From positions 8,073-72,072 of the forward strand of contig JBMNPL010000002.1 of assembly GCA_050943575.1 (NCBI GenBank): a stretch of 64,000 bases of DNA. The letters are read 5' to 3'. The position numbers and the translations under genes were made by a program. Positions 39,121 to 49,244 of the stretch are shown here, in pieces. The DNA is from Alphaproteobacteria bacterium. Lineage in GTDB: Bacteria > Pseudomonadota > Alphaproteobacteria > Rs-D84. Numbering within the stretch: position 1 is the first letter of the stretch; each line of letters begins with the position of its first letter. The notes under the pieces were generated by a model. The model worked only from the letters and a program-made list of their open reading frames with translations. It did no database searches and was not told the DNA's origin.

Positions 39121-39339
39121 ATGAAAGTGCTAAAATGGATAAAAATATGTATAAAAACTATAATTTCTCTTTTTATAGCAATCATTATTAGTAATCTTAT
39201 AAGTGATGTGGTTTATAATTTGATACGAATATCATCACTTGAACGATTAACTTTTATTATCGTATTTTTATTTACCGGGTACAAAACTCTCCCAGAAACT
39301 GTTAAAAATGCTGTAAAAAATGGTATAAAAAATTGGTAG
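39121..39339 (+). CDS. small two-TM membrane protein
   Basis: 72 aa with RBS AAGGA. Lies between the secretin-like gene and lolC. Confidence 0.35.
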   Translation: MKVLKWIKICIKTIISLFIAIIISNLISDVVYNLIRISSLERLTFIIVFLFTGYKTLPETVKNAVKNGIKNW

Positions 39340-39345
39340 GTTAAA

Positions 39346-40599
39346 ATGTTTAGTCGTTTGGAAAAGAAAATTGCATTTAGATATTTACGCGCACGCGGAC
39401 GTGGATTCGGTAGTGTTATTTCATGGGTATCATTACTGGGTATTGCACTGGGGGTTGCAACACTTATTGTTGTTATGTCTGTTATGGGTGGTTTTCATGA
39501 TACCCTGCTTTCACGTATTGTTGGTATGAATGGACATGTTGTTGTTTATCACCAAGATGGTGCAATTAAAGATTTTGATTACTTAATTGAAAAAATAAAA
39601 TCAAATAAAATTGTTATAGAAAATACTAACAATATTATCCCTGTTCTAGAAGGACAAGCAATGGTATCTGCAAATGGTAAAAATTCTGGAACAATGGTTC
39701 GTGGTATTAGAATGAACGATTTAGAACGCAAATTTCAAAAAGGTACAAAAATTTATGGAACACCCCTTTCAAAAATTCAAAGTGGACAATTAATAATGGG
39801 TGCCCCATTGGCAAGAATGTTGCGCCTTACTATAAATAATAATGCAACACTTATAAGTGCAAATGGTGGAACAGCAACAGCATTTGGAACTATGCCACGA
39901 ATACAATCATATCCTGTCGCAACAACATTTTTCGTAGGTATGTATGAATATGATTCTGGTTATATCTTTATGCCCTTGGAAACCGCGCAAAAGTTTTTAA
40001 ATTCCCCTGATGGTGTTTCGCATATAGATTTATTCTTAAAAAATTCAGAAAAAACAGATGTTGTTCGCAATGCTTTATCAGATAGTCTGCCAAATGGATT
40101 TGTAGTTCGTGATTGGCGTGATTTAAATCGTAGTTTTGTCGGTGCATTACAAGTTGAATCAAATGTAATGTTTTTAATTTTATTATTAATAGTAATCGTT
40201 GCAGCATTTAATATTGTATCTAGCTTGGTTATGCTGGTTAAAGATAAATCACGAGATATTGCAGTATTGCGAACATTTGGTGTTTCACGAAATAGTATGA
40301 TGAAAATATTTATTTTATGCGGTACAAGTATTGGAATTATTGGTGCTGTAATTGGAACAATTGTGGGTGTCTTGGTTGCAAAATATATTGAACCAATACG
40401 ACAGTTTTTTCAATGGATAACTGGTCGTGATTTGTTCCCATCAGAACTATACTTTCTTTCTGAATTACCATCTAGAATAGAATTTTGGAATGTTTTTGGA
40501 ATTGCTTTTATCGCAATCGCATTAGCATTTTTGGCAACTCTTTACCCAGCATGGAAAGCAGCTAAAACAGATCCAGTAGAAGTTTTAAGGAATGAATAA
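39346..40599 (+). CDS. lolC: lipoprotein-releasing system permease LolC/LolE (FtsX/MacB-type)
   Basis: 417 aa. N-terminal region similar to LolC (FRYLRARGRGFGSVISWVSLLGIALGV). A periplasmic domain is followed by the FtsX 3-TM bundle. Confidence 0.75.
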   Translation: MFSRLEKKIAFRYLRARGRGFGSVISWVSLLGIALGVATLIVVMSVMGGFHDTLLSRIVGMNGHVVVYHQDGAIKDFDYLIEKIKSNKIVIENTNNIIPVLEGQAMVSANGKNSGTMVRGIRMNDLERKFQKGTKIYGTPLSKIQSGQLIMGAPLARMLRLTINNNATLISANGGTATAFGTMPRIQSYPVATTFFVGMYEYDSGYIFMPLETAQKFLNSPDGVSHIDLFLKNSEKTDVVRNALSDSLPNGFVVRDWRDLNRSFVGALQVESNVMFLILLLIVIVAAFNIVSSLVMLVKDKSRDIAVLRTFGVSRNSMMKIFILCGTSIGIIGAVIGTIVGVLVAKYIEPIRQFFQWITGRDLFPSELYFLSELPSRIEFWNVFGIAFIAIALAFLATLYPAWKAAKTDPVEVLRNE

Positions 40600-41314
40600 A
40601 ATGGCAGCACCAATATTAAAATCTTTATCTTCTGTAAAAAAACGAGCAACTGTTATGTCAGTTGTTGGTATTAAAAAATCTTTTATGGAAGGTGGACAAC
40701 CATTAAATATTTTACGTGGCGGAGGATTTGAATTAATGCGTGGTGAAATTGTCGCTCTGGTCGGTCCATCAGGATGTGGTAAATCTACCCTGATACAATG
40801 TGTTGGATTGCTGGATCAACCAAGTGGGGGGCAAATTACTATTACCGGTATTCCAGTTCATAAAATGAACGAAGATCAACGCACATTAATCCGCAGAACT
40901 AAACTCGGTTTCGTTTATCAACGTCATAATTTATTGGAAGATTTTACAGCTCTTGAAAATGTGATGATGCCTATGCTGGCAAATAATATGAATGAAGATG
41001 ATGCGCGTATTCGTGCAAAAAAATTACTAAAAGCTACAAATATTTTACACCGCGCAAATCATAGACCTGCAGAAATGTCCGGTGGCGAACAACAACGTAC
41101 TGCTGTGGCACGTGCGCTTGCTAATAAACCTGAGATTGTTCTGGCAGACGAACCAACAGGATCACTTGATCCAACACACGCATCAAATGTTTTTGACTTG
41201 CTATTATCTTTAGCAAAAAAAACACGTATGTCTATGTTATTCGTAACACATGATATGAATCTAGCAAAACGTGCCGATAGAATAATTACTATAAAAAATG
41301 GAATTGTTGGATGA
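40592..41314 (+). CDS. lolD: lipoprotein-releasing system ATP-binding protein LolD
   Basis: 240 aa with Walker A GPSGCGKST, ABC signature SGGEQQR and Walker B LADEPTGSLD. Confidence 0.8.
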   Translation: MNKMAAPILKSLSSVKKRATVMSVVGIKKSFMEGGQPLNILRGGGFELMRGEIVALVGPSGCGKSTLIQCVGLLDQPSGGQITITGIPVHKMNEDQRTLIRRTKLGFVYQRHNLLEDFTALENVMMPMLANNMNEDDARIRAKKLLKATNILHRANHRPAEMSGGEQQRTAVARALANKPEIVLADEPTGSLDPTHASNVFDLLLSLAKKTRMSMLFVTHDMNLAKRADRIITIKNGIVG

Positions 41315-42431
41315 AAATAAATTTAAAATACCTATCTGAAACTTGGCGGAAATTTTCGCAATTCTCTAAACATCAAATTTCAACATCCATATTAAAAATT
41401 CAAGAGATTGAACAAGCGACTATTATGCCGCATCAACCAAATATTAAAATAGGAATCCCTCAAAAAGTTCGTGGTGTTCGTATTCGTAAATATGGGCAAC
41501 AATCAGCAAATTATATTGATAAAGAAGTAATTCTTTTAGGGGCTGCAGATCCATTTTTTGGACACTTTTTAGCAGATGGGCTTTCTCGCGCTTGGCCTAT
41601 TTTAGATAAAAAATTTATTAATTATACTTTCGTAGTAGTTCAAGGACGCGGGGGGGTGAATTAAAAAATTTTGCTAAACAACTTTATAAACTTGTAGGTA
41701 TAAAGAAATTACTTTTTATAACAAAACCAACAAGGTTTAAAAAAATACTCATTCCTGATTTATCTTTTAATTATACGCGCGGTATAGCACATAAAAAATA
41801 CACCGATACTTTTGCAAAAATCGCATCAACAGTTCCAACAGATAAATCTTTACCGAATAAAATTTATCTATCGCGAACAAAACTTGGGTATAATGAAACA
41901 TTTGGTGAAAAAACAATTGAAAATATTTTTGCAAAAAATGGATTTACTATTATTTATCCAGAACAATTATCCCTAGAAAAACAAATACAATTAATGAAAG
42001 CTGCACAAACAATTGCTGGAGTTAGCGGAACAGCACTACATTTATCTCTATTCGCACAAAATGGAATAAAATTAATTTGTATTCATAAAAGAAATTATAT
42101 TTTAAAAATGCAGATTCTAATTGATAAATTAAAAAATATAAATGGAACATATATTGATGCATTTTTAACTATTGGAAATTTGAAAAAATGTGATGGAAAA
42201 TCTTCAGCCGCTTTAATCGGAATAAATAAAAATTTGCAGAATTTTTTTAATGATAATAATTTTATATATTCACTTGATAAAAATAATAATACAAAAGAAT
42301 ATAAACAATTTATACAATCATTTAATAAACAACGAAGAATAATCCCAAAATGGTTAGGTGGAATTATACTTTCATTTGTTCCATCCCATAATTTACGACA
42401 TTCTTTAAGAAAAAAATGGAGATTAAAATAA
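41311..42431 (+). CDS. GT61/DUF563-like glycosyltransferase interrupted by a frameshift in a G7 tract (two ORFs 41311-41664 and ~41655-42431)
   Basis: The C-part has the DUF563 pattern (NETFGEKTIENIFAKNGFTIIYPEQLSLEKQIQLMKAAQTIAGVSGTALHLSLF). The N-ORF ends 8 nt after a G7 run; adding one G joins both parts into a ~373-aa protein. Confidence 0.5.
41650..41656 (+). repeat. homopolymeric G7 tract inside the glycosyltransferase coding sequence
   Basis: cgcGGGGGGGtgaa. The longest G/C homopolymer noticed in this otherwise AT-rich window. Confidence 0.9.
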
Positions 42432-44846
42432 TTAATCTTTAACACGCGCTAGATCATCATACGATTTATATCTTTGATTGCTTGTTTCATAATACTCATA
42501 AGCTTCAAAATCTTTCCCATATCTGCCAAATAATTCTGATATTTTTTGAACAGATGCATCTATCATTGTTTGTAATTGTTCATCTGAATACTCTATCAAT
42601 TTTATATCATTATTTTTCAATTGTAAAAATTGAATTGTTTTTGCACCACACATATATGCTTCTAGTGGTAATTGAGGCATATTGCCCTGCTCTAATTGTG
42701 TTTTATTGGGGACTGTGTTTGTTTTTATATCCATAACTATATCACCCCAAACACGATCTGCTCGTGCACGAACAATGCGACCTGCAATTTTTGTTTCCAA
42801 TTCTATTTCTGATTGACCACCTGCTGAATCTTTCAACATTTGTTGTATTATCGGTTCCATTTCAACAAATCTTTTGTGCCAAAAATGAAACAACACACTG
42901 CCACCTGATAAATCCTTTAATATATTCAATGCTTTTTCATCCATTAATTTAACTAAATTTTTCGCTTCAGCCGGATTTTTAGAAACATATTCTATAACAT
43001 CATGAACTAATATTCCAAAATCTCTGATACTGGCAGTTTCCCACCAATCATCTTTTGGTTTTAATCCCAAAATATGATCTGCATAAAAAGCATATGGATT
43101 ATGTATTAATAAATCTAATTTAGTTACATAAACAGGACTTCTATCTGCTGGTGGTTTAGGAGGCAAGTTATCCAATTCGTTTAACTTAATTACATCAAAC
43201 CCACGCACTGTACTTAAAATATCATCAGCTTTTTTATTTTCTAAATCTGTATGTTTTAGTGCAACTGCTATTCTTGATAAAAATCTAGATTCAGTTGTTT
43301 GTAATCCACCAGCTATTTCAGAACGCAACCAATAAACTTCTGGACCACAAGACAAAGTTATAAAATCTAAAGCCATCAAAGATATTTTGCGTTGCGGTGA
43401 TGGTAAACCAATTTGTTCTGCAATACGACGTGGCAACCAAGAATTTTCATATCCCATTGTGGGAAACATGCCTTCATTTAAACCAGTCAATATTACAACA
43501 TCTGCTGTTTGCATACGTGACTCTATAGTCCCCAAAACATTTATTTTTACATCGTTATTTAATACATTACGAATTTTAACACCAGATAAAGCATCTGTAA
43601 TAACAACTTGAATATCTGATTTATCTAAAACAATTCCATGTCGTAATAAAATATCTGAAACTTCCTTGATTTTTTCAATAATTGGTAAATCAGATTCTGT
43701 AAATTCCAAATCAAAACTATTAATAAATTCAAACAAATTTTCAATTTTATCAAAATCCAAATCTTCAATTTTATTTAATATTGCACGACCAAGTAAAGTC
43801 ATGCTACCTGATATTCCACCTGAAAAATCAGCAGATAAATTATATTTTGTAAATTCTTCTTTTAATCTTTGATTACCAGCCGAATCAGGTGTAATAACTA
43901 AAACAGATTTGCCATCTTGTATTGAACGATTTGCAATTTCTGCCACGGCTAATGCTTCTTCTGATTCACGTGCACAATCTATACGTGTAAATCTTATATC
44001 TTGAATTTCAAACTTATTATTTACAGAATTATTAAATGCGTTATTAAAAAAATCTATATTTGATTTACCAACATTAATTTCTATTACTTCATTTGGTTCT
44101 ATACCAACTTTTTGTAAAAATTTATATTCTGAATAATATGGATTACAAATATTTATCTTTGCAGGATTTATATCAGAAACTTTACCTGGTAAAATAATCT
44201 TTCCATTTGGTAAAGATGCAATATAAGTCATTAAATCTGATGTTGCTGGAACAGATGCTGTACTGCCACAAACAATAACTTGACCGGAAAACTCATATCC
44301 AATCCAATTACGAATATCTATATTTCTTTTAGCAGATTCTGTAATTTTATTATTAAATATTGATGGTAAAACATTATCAATCAATGATAAAAATTTAGCC
44401 TTTTTTTGAAAATGAACCGCATATTTTTCATCTATTAATGCATCCCAATTTACCGGTTGTTTATTATTACCTTGCTCATTTTCTATATAATCTTGCATTC
44501 GGATTAAATCATGTGCAACTGGCAAAACTGATGCAAAAGACCGGTTTTCAGCAACAGATATTAACTTTGCTAAAACTAAAACACGTTCTGTGTTTGATAC
44601 AACATCATCACTGTTAATCATATCTTCTTCATCATCTGGACTTTCGCCTAGGGCAACTAATTTTGGTAATAAAACCGCCGATCCAGATTTTAAAGTTATA
44701 AATTTTTCAACAGTACGAATTGCGCGCCTGCTTGGTAAAAATACTACATCATTTGAAAAATCATGATCTGATAAAAAAGACCACAATGCTTCTGTTAATT
44801 TTGTGGGATCTGATGCATAAAAAATATTTTTTTTATTTAATACCAA
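42432..44846 (-). CDS. addB: AddB-like PD-(D/E)XK nuclease family protein (double-strand break repair)
   Basis: 804 aa. C-terminal RecB-type nuclease motif (GRIVRARADRVWGDIVMDIKTN). Overall architecture resembles alphaproteobacterial AddB. No addA is adjacent. Confidence 0.45.
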   Translation of the reverse strand: MVLNKKNIFYASDPTKLTEALWSFLSDHDFSNDVVFLPSRRAIRTVEKFITLKSGSAVLLPKLVALGESPDDEEDMINSDDVVSNTERVLVLAKLISVAENRSFASVLPVAHDLIRMQDYIENEQGNNKQPVNWDALIDEKYAVHFQKKAKFLSLIDNVLPSIFNNKITESAKRNIDIRNWIGYEFSGQVIVCGSTASVPATSDLMTYIASLPNGKIILPGKVSDINPAKINICNPYYSEYKFLQKVGIEPNEVIEINVGKSNIDFFNNAFNNSVNNKFEIQDIRFTRIDCARESEEALAVAEIANRSIQDGKSVLVITPDSAGNQRLKEEFTKYNLSADFSGGISGSMTLLGRAILNKIEDLDFDKIENLFEFINSFDLEFTESDLPIIEKIKEVSDILLRHGIVLDKSDIQVVITDALSGVKIRNVLNNDVKINVLGTIESRMQTADVVILTGLNEGMFPTMGYENSWLPRRIAEQIGLPSPQRKISLMALDFITLSCGPEVYWLRSEIAGGLQTTESRFLSRIAVALKHTDLENKKADDILSTVRGFDVIKLNELDNLPPKPPADRSPVYVTKLDLLIHNPYAFYADHILGLKPKDDWWETASIRDFGILVHDVIEYVSKNPAEAKNLVKLMDEKALNILKDLSGGSVLFHFWHKRFVEMEPIIQQMLKDSAGGQSEIELETKIAGRIVRARADRVWGDIVMDIKTNTVPNKTQLEQGNMPQLPLEAYMCGAKTIQFLQLKNNDIKLIEYSDEQLQTMIDASVQKISELFGRYGKDFEAYEYYETSNQRYKSYDDLARVKD

Positions 44847-45396
44847 TTATTTTCCTAATGTCTTCTATACCTGTTTGTTTATTTGCAGATGTTTCTAATA
44901 TCTCTGTAGATGCAGCTGGATGAGGAACACAAAATATCTCTGATTTTAATTCTGTAATTTTGGATTTATTTGATTTATCAATTTTTGTTAAAACAATTTG
45001 ATAACGAATAGCATTAAAATCACAAAAATTCATAATTTCCAAATCTGATTGTTTTAATTCATGTCGAGAATCTATTAAAATAAATAACAACTTTAACTGA
45101 TCGCGATTCAATAAATACTCTTCTAGCCTTAACATCCATCTTTCAATCTCGGTTTTTGATACTTTTGCATAACCATATCCTGGTAAATCCATTATTGTTA
45201 ATTTATCATAAAAATTAAAAAGATTTAATGATTGTGTGCGCCCCGGAGTTTTAGAAGTTCTGGCGATAACCCTGCCTGCAATCGCATTTATTAATGATGA
45301 TTTACCAACATTACTACGCCCAATAAACGCATATTCGGAAAAATGTGTTCGTGGTAAAGATTTAACAGTTTCAAAACTGCCAATAAATTTTATCAT
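44833..45396 (-). CDS. engB: ribosome biogenesis GTP-binding protein YihA/EngB
   Basis: 187 aa with G1 GRSNVGKSS and G3 DLPGYG. Confidence 0.8.
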   Translation of the reverse strand: MIKFIGSFETVKSLPRTHFSEYAFIGRSNVGKSSLINAIAGRVIARTSKTPGRTQSLNLFNFYDKLTIMDLPGYGYAKVSKTEIERWMLRLEEYLLNRDQLKLLFILIDSRHELKQSDLEIMNFCDFNAIRYQIVLTKIDKSNKSKITELKSEIFCVPHPAASTEILETSANKQTGIEDIRKIIGIK

Positions 45397-46229
45397 TTTT
45401 TATCCAATAATTTTTTATACGCTTCTTTTTTTGATATTCCACTGCGAGCTGCTATTTGCGCCGCAGCCGATTTTGTTGATTCAAATACAACATCACAAAC
45501 TATTTCAGAAATTTCATCATCACTCATTTTTATATCTGGAGCTGGTTCAACAACAATAACTATTTCCCCGCACCAATTATCACGATTTTTTAATTCTGAA
45601 GGATAACCAATAATTGTCTCTTCATGAACTTTTGTAATCTCACGAATAATTGCAACTCGACGCTCTGGCATTACTTTAGCAATAATACCCAATGTGTCTC
45701 GTAATCTATTAGGACTTTCATAATATATCAAAGTATGTCTGATTTTATTGTCGTTTCGTAAATATTTTTCATCCTTAAAAAAACCACAAAAAGTAAATTT
45801 ATCCGTCGGAAACCCGGAAAGTGCCAAAGCACTAACTGCCGCAATAGGACCCGGAACAACAAAAACATCCAATCCTTGGGCGCGACATTCACGAACTAAA
45901 CGAAATCCTGGATCACTAATTGTAGGCATACCCGAATCAGACACTAATGCAATCGCAGCACCTGAAATTGTGCCTTCTAAAACCGCAGTACCATCAATAC
46001 TACGACGACCAGCAATCATATCTGTAATCTTATCTGTCATTTTACGTTCATTATGATCATGAAATGCTATACGTTTAGTTTTAATATCAAAACGAGTTGC
46101 CAGTTTGCCAAACACCCTAGTGTCTTCAGCGGCAATTAAATCTACCCCTTGTAATACCTCAATTGCCCGATTTGACATATCACCTAAATTGCCAATTGGA
46201 GTTCCAACAATATAAAGACCTGATTGCAT
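45393..46229 (-). CDS. rsmI: 16S rRNA (cytidine1402-2'-O)-methyltransferase
   Basis: 278 aa with tetrapyrrole-methylase-fold motifs (LYIVGTPIGNLGDMS...AAEDTR). Confidence 0.85.
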   Translation of the reverse strand: MQSGLYIVGTPIGNLGDMSNRAIEVLQGVDLIAAEDTRVFGKLATRFDIKTKRIAFHDHNERKMTDKITDMIAGRRSIDGTAVLEGTISGAAIALVSDSGMPTISDPGFRLVRECRAQGLDVFVVPGPIAAVSALALSGFPTDKFTFCGFFKDEKYLRNDNKIRHTLIYYESPNRLRDTLGIIAKVMPERRVAIIREITKVHEETIIGYPSELKNRDNWCGEIVIVVEPAPDIKMSDDEISEIVCDVVFESTKSAAAQIAARSGISKKEAYKKLLDKK

Positions 46230-46275
46230 TTTAACCCCTTTTATTTTATTATTACATTGAAACTAGGATTTTTCA

Positions 46276-47826
46276 ATGTTTATAAATAAATTAAAAAACT
46301 TTTTTTATATATTATTTACACTTGGTGTTTTATATTCTTGCACCTCTGTAAAACCCGTTCAAATAAGGGATGCGACTGATTTAGATGCACCTATTTTTGA
46401 AATCGGAACAACAAAAAATATTGCTGTTTTGTTGCCCGAATCAAATTGGGGAGAATCAATTAAAACAAGTATTCAAATGGCATTTATACAAAGTAAATCT
46501 AATGATATAAATGTTAGATTTACAGATTTATCCGGTTCATCAGAAGAAAAATCTCAACAAATAAAATCAGCATTACTAAATAAACCAGATTTAATTATAG
46601 GACCAATTTTTTCAGAAGAAGTTGAAATACTGCGCCAACAAATAAATTCAAATATACCTGTTTTATCTTTTAGTTCTGATACCAATGTTTTAGGAAATGG
46701 AATTTTAACAATGTCTTTGATACCAACCCAAAGCGTTGAAACAATTGTGCGCCATATAATTACTGATGGTAAAAAAGAAATAATGATTATAACCCCAGAT
46801 AATAAAACTGGATATATAATGGGTAATGCTGCACTAGATGCTGCAAATATTTATGGACTAGATGTTGCCGGATTTTATTATTATAAACCCGGAAATATGG
46901 AAAATATGAAAAATGTATCTGAAAATATGGCAATGTTTAACGCACGAAATAATGCAAATACACGTGCAAAAGAAATCTTGTCCGATATACTTAACAAACA
47001 AATAATTTCAGAATCAGATAAAATATACGTAAATGAACTTTTAGAAAATAGAAAAAAATCTGACACTATTGGTGATGTACCATATGACGCTATATTATTT
47101 TTAGGCAATGCATCCGATTCTAAAGCACTTGGATCATTTATGCGATATTTTGATGTGCCCGCTAAAAAAGTTAAATTCTATGGAACAGCAATGTGGGATA
47201 ATTCAGAAATGTTTCGTGATATAACAATGTCCGGTGCTAGTTTTGCAGCAATGCCCGCAATTTCACCAGAATTCACAAATGCATATCGCACAATTACAGA
47301 TAAAGAACCTGAAAGAATTAGCACAATGGGATATGATGCGGCAATGCTCGCAAAAAAAGCATTGTTATCCGGACGTAATGTATCCGAATTTTTATCGGAC
47401 CCATCAGGGTTTAGAGGATTAGATGGACTGATGAGATTGCAAGCGAATGGTATATCAGAACGTGCTTTACAAATAATGGTATTAGATGGTAGCGGGACAC
47501 CCAAAATAATAAAAACATCAGCAACTAACTTTATAAAACCATTATATCAAATTACAAAACAAAATAATAATAAACCAAACGAAATAAAAATATCTGCCGG
47601 TATAAATCCAATGTATTATTTACAATTACCAGAAAGTGTTCGTGGAAAATATAGCGCAAAAACTTACAGAGAAAATGAATATATTAAATCAAAAATAGAA
47701 ATAAAATCTGAAGAAATTACAATATTACCTGAAGATAGTTCTGAACCTATTATAGATCCAGATTTTCAACCAATAGAATTAAATCAAGTAAATAGAACAA
47801 TGGTTGATGAAATAGAAATACACTAA
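46276..47826 (+). CDS. LpoA/YraM-like periplasmic lipoprotein (type-1 periplasmic-binding fold)
   Basis: 516 aa with a signal peptide and Cys (LYSC). Divergent from rsmI, as in the rsmI/lpoA arrangement of other proteobacteria. Confidence 0.4.
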   Translation: MFINKLKNFFYILFTLGVLYSCTSVKPVQIRDATDLDAPIFEIGTTKNIAVLLPESNWGESIKTSIQMAFIQSKSNDINVRFTDLSGSSEEKSQQIKSALLNKPDLIIGPIFSEEVEILRQQINSNIPVLSFSSDTNVLGNGILTMSLIPTQSVETIVRHIITDGKKEIMIITPDNKTGYIMGNAALDAANIYGLDVAGFYYYKPGNMENMKNVSENMAMFNARNNANTRAKEILSDILNKQIISESDKIYVNELLENRKKSDTIGDVPYDAILFLGNASDSKALGSFMRYFDVPAKKVKFYGTAMWDNSEMFRDITMSGASFAAMPAISPEFTNAYRTITDKEPERISTMGYDAAMLAKKALLSGRNVSEFLSDPSGFRGLDGLMRLQANGISERALQIMVLDGSGTPKIIKTSATNFIKPLYQITKQNNNKPNEIKISAGINPMYYLQLPESVRGKYSAKTYRENEYIKSKIEIKSEEITILPEDSSEPIIDPDFQPIELNQVNRTMVDEIEIH

Positions 47827-48809
47827 CTTAAAATCTCTTGTAATTCTTTCATATCATCCGGTAATTTAGATTTAAACTTTATAAATTCGTCAGTTATCGG
47901 ATGTTTTAATTCCAAAACTTCAGCATGTAACATTTGTCCATGATGTGTTTTTATAAATTCTAATAATTCCGGATCTTTTACACTACCCAACCGAGAACTA
48001 CCACGACCATAAACAGGATCACATACAACAGGAAAACCATGAGCAGATAAATGAACGCGTATTTGATGTGTTCGTCCCGTTAGTAAAGTACAACGAAGTT
48101 TAGCAATACCAACATCAGACCAAACATTAATCGCTTCAACTTTGGTTTCAGCCGGCTTTCCACCAACTTTTAAAATAGTCATTTTTTGGCGATTTCTGGA
48201 ACTGCGACCAATATTACCAACTATATCTGCCTCTAACCAATTCGGAATTCCCCAAACAAAAGCAATATATTTTCTTGTTAAATTATGGCTGGCAAATGTT
48301 TTTGTTAATGCTTTATACGCCATATCTGATTTAGCAAAAATTACTATCCCACTTGTATCTTTATCCAAACGATGAACAACCCCCGGACGCATTAAACCAC
48401 CATGTATAGATAAATTGGTGTGTGATAAAACACGATGAACTAATGTATCCGTTTCACGTCCTGCACCCGGATACATCGCAATACCACGCGGTTTATTTAC
48501 AACAATAATATCCTTATCTTCAAATAAAATATCTAGATCAAATTTAATTCTATTATTTATAAATAATGATTGTTGTTGTTCTTTTTTTGGAATAATAACA
48601 CTTATTTGATCATCAAATTTTATTTTATCAGAAAATTTTATTTCGCCTGTGTTTGGCATTTTTTTTACAACAAATTTTTGTATCTCACTACGTGAAAATT
48701 CCGGCATTTTATCTACTAAAAACTTATCCAGACGCAGACCAATATCTGACTCTTTAGCAACAAAAGTTCTTGTATCATTCATTCCAATTTTTTCCCTTGA
48801 TACAATCAT
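47823..48809 (-). CDS. rluD: RluA-family 23S rRNA pseudouridine synthase (RluD-like)
   Basis: 328 aa. N-terminal S4 domain. Catalytic motif HRLDKDTSGIVIFAK. Confidence 0.8.
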   Translation of the reverse strand: MIVSREKIGMNDTRTFVAKESDIGLRLDKFLVDKMPEFSRSEIQKFVVKKMPNTGEIKFSDKIKFDDQISVIIPKKEQQQSLFINNRIKFDLDILFEDKDIIVVNKPRGIAMYPGAGRETDTLVHRVLSHTNLSIHGGLMRPGVVHRLDKDTSGIVIFAKSDMAYKALTKTFASHNLTRKYIAFVWGIPNWLEADIVGNIGRSSRNRQKMTILKVGGKPAETKVEAINVWSDVGIAKLRCTLLTGRTHQIRVHLSAHGFPVVCDPVYGRGSSRLGSVKDPELLEFIKTHHGQMLHAEVLELKHPITDEFIKFKSKLPDDMKELQEILS

Positions 48810-49230
48810 TTAATATGATTTTTATTTCACGTCCGTTCCCAGTTATTTGACAATTTATTATACCTGTTGTTTTTTTCTGAGAATCATTTCTGGACGCTTC
48901 GCGCCATGCAAACCGAATCTGATCAGGACGTTTTACACAAGTAATATTCATAACAGCTTTTTTATCTTCGGCTGAAAACTTACTTGGAGAAATCCATACT
49001 CGTGCGGTTTCTGCCTGCCCTATACATGGAAAACTATCCAAAAAATAAAGTTCCATACCATTATTCCCAATAGATTTATCGCGAATAAAAGAAATGTCAT
49101 ATTGACTATAACGAAGACCAGTAACACTTTCCCAGTCTGTACTGGTAGAAAATAAATTTACTGAATTTGCATCATATACAGAAACACAAATCAAAAAAAA
49201 TAAAGAAAATAAAAATAATAATCTTTTCAT
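48775..49230 (-). CDS. hypothetical secreted protein
   Basis: 151 aa with a signal peptide (FFLICVSVYDANS). Last gene of the pilin-like operon, immediately before rluD. Confidence 0.4.
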   Translation of the reverse strand: MKRLLFLFSLFFLICVSVYDANSVNLFSTSTDWESVTGLRYSQYDISFIRDKSIGNNGMELYFLDSFPCIGQAETARVWISPSKFSAEDKKAVMNITCVKRPDQIRFAWREASRNDSQKKTTGIINCQITGNGREIKIILNDCIKGKNWNE

Positions 49231-49244
49231 ATTTAACTTCCTTA

